In this document: positions 62,185 to 64,000 of the stretch, piece by piece
How positions within the stretch are numbered: the stretch's first letter is position 1
Layout of the letters: each line of letters begins with the position of its first letter
The notes under the pieces: generated by a model
Seen by the model: the letters and a program-made list of their open reading frames with translations, nothing else
Database searches by the model: none
What the model was told of the DNA's origin: nothing
Made by a program: the position numbers and the translations under genes
NCBI RefSeq assembly: GCF_036321535.1
Contig: NC_087436.1
Location: 83,206,001 to 83,270,000, forward strand
Length of the DNA: 64,000 nucleotides
Reading direction: 5' to 3'
DNA from: Camelus dromedarius
Taxonomy: Eukaryota

Positions 62185-63960
62185 GGAGGACCTAATGAAT
62201 GCCTTCCTTGCGCCAGGAACTGTAGTAAATGTTTTACACCTACTTGTATAACTCTTTCAACCACACTGTAGAAGGTTCTGTTTTTACCTCTTTTTACAGA
62301 TGGGGAAACTGAGGTACAGAACTGTTAGGTTTCTTATCCCAGGGTGACACAACTGATAAGTATCAGAGCCCAGCTTTCAGGCTCTAGACTTTGCACTTAA
62401 TCAAGACCAGTAAAGATTTTCCTGATAATATTTATTAGAGTGTGTTATGGGAAGCATTAGTTTATCACTTGTCCTGTTCAGATTAAAGAATGATTGACTT
62501 GACTAAAGCTAAAAGTATGTTGCACTGAGGTTTACAGTTAGAGTTGGCATTTCCACATATTTTTGCACATAATTTAAAAATCTTACGAACTCATTAAGTG
62601 ATTCTAACCTTTGTCAGCCAGCCAGTCCACTCAGTTATTTTAGTTCCACTTTTATATTTCATTCATTCATTTAAAAAATGTAGGTAACATTTGATAAGCA
62701 GTTACCATTTTCTAGACTATGTGAAGCATTTTACCTGTGTTATCCCATTTAATCTTTCTGATGATCTTGTGGGAAAACTGAGGCTTTGTGAGATTAAAGA
62801 GCTTGCCCAAATGAAGGGGCAGGGTAAGGGTTTGACGCTTGGTCTTATGATAAAGATTTTAAATAACTCACTGAGGTTTGAAACTTGCATCTCTGCAAAG
62901 TAGAAGAGGCTTTCAATCCAAATAACCCAGTAAAAAGAGCTTTCGGGAGTGCTGTCGGAATATTCCAGATGGAAATGCTGAGCAGGCCTTTGGAATGAGC
63001 GTGTGTCAGTCAGGAGAGAAGACAGAATGGATAGGAGGGTTAAACCTGTGCACGTGATGAATGAAATTTAAAGAAAAAATGAGCATTCGTGGAGAGAGCA
63101 GAGAGAGGACAGCAGTGCGGGCACAGAGCTGCAGGGATTTCTGTTACTAAAGCAGCACGAGAAAGAAGAGAGAAACAAAAACCTCAACAGTGCTTCATGA
63201 GAGAAGGCAGGGGGAAGAGAGTGAGGAAAGAGGAGGTGACCAGCAGTGGAAAATGAGTTGGTGAAATCAAGGAGATGGGGCATGAGAAAAAGTCCCTGGA
63301 AGTGGGGAGTCCAAGGCTCCTGGTCCCCATGGAGAGAAGCATTTATAAGTAGAGAAAAGGGTTTGGAAGTTGGTGTTAGAGGAGAGGAAGCCAGTATTGT
63401 CTGTATTGGAAACAATAGTGTTGAGATTTTTTTTTTTCTTGTAAGAATAAGGGAGGGCTTATTAACACATTTGTAAACTGATGTGAAGGATTCCAGGAAG
63501 GAAGGCAGGAAGGAAGAGAGCGAGTAATTAAAGGAGCAGAGATGGGTTATGAGAGAATTATCTTGAGGAGGGATTGGTGTCATCAGGTGGGAGGCTGCCT
63601 TCTCATGGAATCAGCAGCCAAGCCAGTAAGTGCTTTATGCGTGCTTTGGTTTTTCTGTTTTTTGAAAATCTTAACATTTATGATTTCTTTATGTTTATTT
63701 CCATTATGCTTAATATAGCTTATGACTATAAAAATGATGCCAGTTGAGGTCAAGTTAATGTAAAGACATCAGACTCTTGGGTTTGGCAGACAGAGGGTTA
63801 AGTCTTAGCAGCTGTGTAACCTTGGGAAAGTTGGTCAAGTTCTTGAAGCCTCTCCACCCTCATAGGATTAATAGGAAAATTAAATATAACATGAGTAACT
63901 TGCTTACCACAGTGCCTACCAAACACTTGGGTCCACAAATAATTATTAAATGAGATTGAA
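62185..63960. mobile_element. MIR and L2 fragments
   Basis: ttttacagatggggaaactgagg (62294); gggaaaactgagg (62771); purine-rich L2-like 62930-63600; MIR ~63770-63950. Confidence 0.6.
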
Positions 63961-64000
63961 TACAGCAATACAGAGTTCTGCAAGTGATGCATCATTTACT

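Noticed and set aside
63068..63583. 171-aa minus-strand ORF
   Set aside because: Lies in L2-like purine-rich sequence; compositional bias explains the lack of stops.
1..64000. CRISPR arrays, operons or other prokaryote-type systems
   Set aside because: The sequence is intron-rich mammalian DNA with no repeat-spacer arrays.

Overview
Mammalian genomic DNA, most likely camelid, because it carries six copies of a tRNA-Ala(AGC)-derived Vic-1-type SINE. The window holds two tandem, + strand, interferon-stimulated small-HERC E3 ligase genes. HERC6 is present as its last 15 coding exons (3302-31297, ~654 aa, spacer plus complete HECT domain with catalytic Cys, TGA at 31295-31297). HERC5 follows after ~4.5 kb, with a CpG-island promoter carrying two ISREs and a GAS motif and its first 16 coding exons (ATG 35849 to 61655, 720 aa, RCC1-like domain, spacer and HECT start); the gene runs off the window end. 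I spliced both genes by hand: all exons have GT-AG boundaries with consistent phases and no premature stop. Introns are filled with L1, L2, MIR, MaLR/ERV LTRs and hAT-type MER elements. Gene and repeat-family names come from recognising remembered sequences, not from database searches. I found no convincing novel biological system. The most notable details are a 109/110-nt identical direct repeat bracketing an in-frame exon, conserved intron flanks between the two paralogs, a 15-nt repeat expansion in HERC5 exon 1, and an intronic LTR with two GAS motifs around a perfect hairpin.
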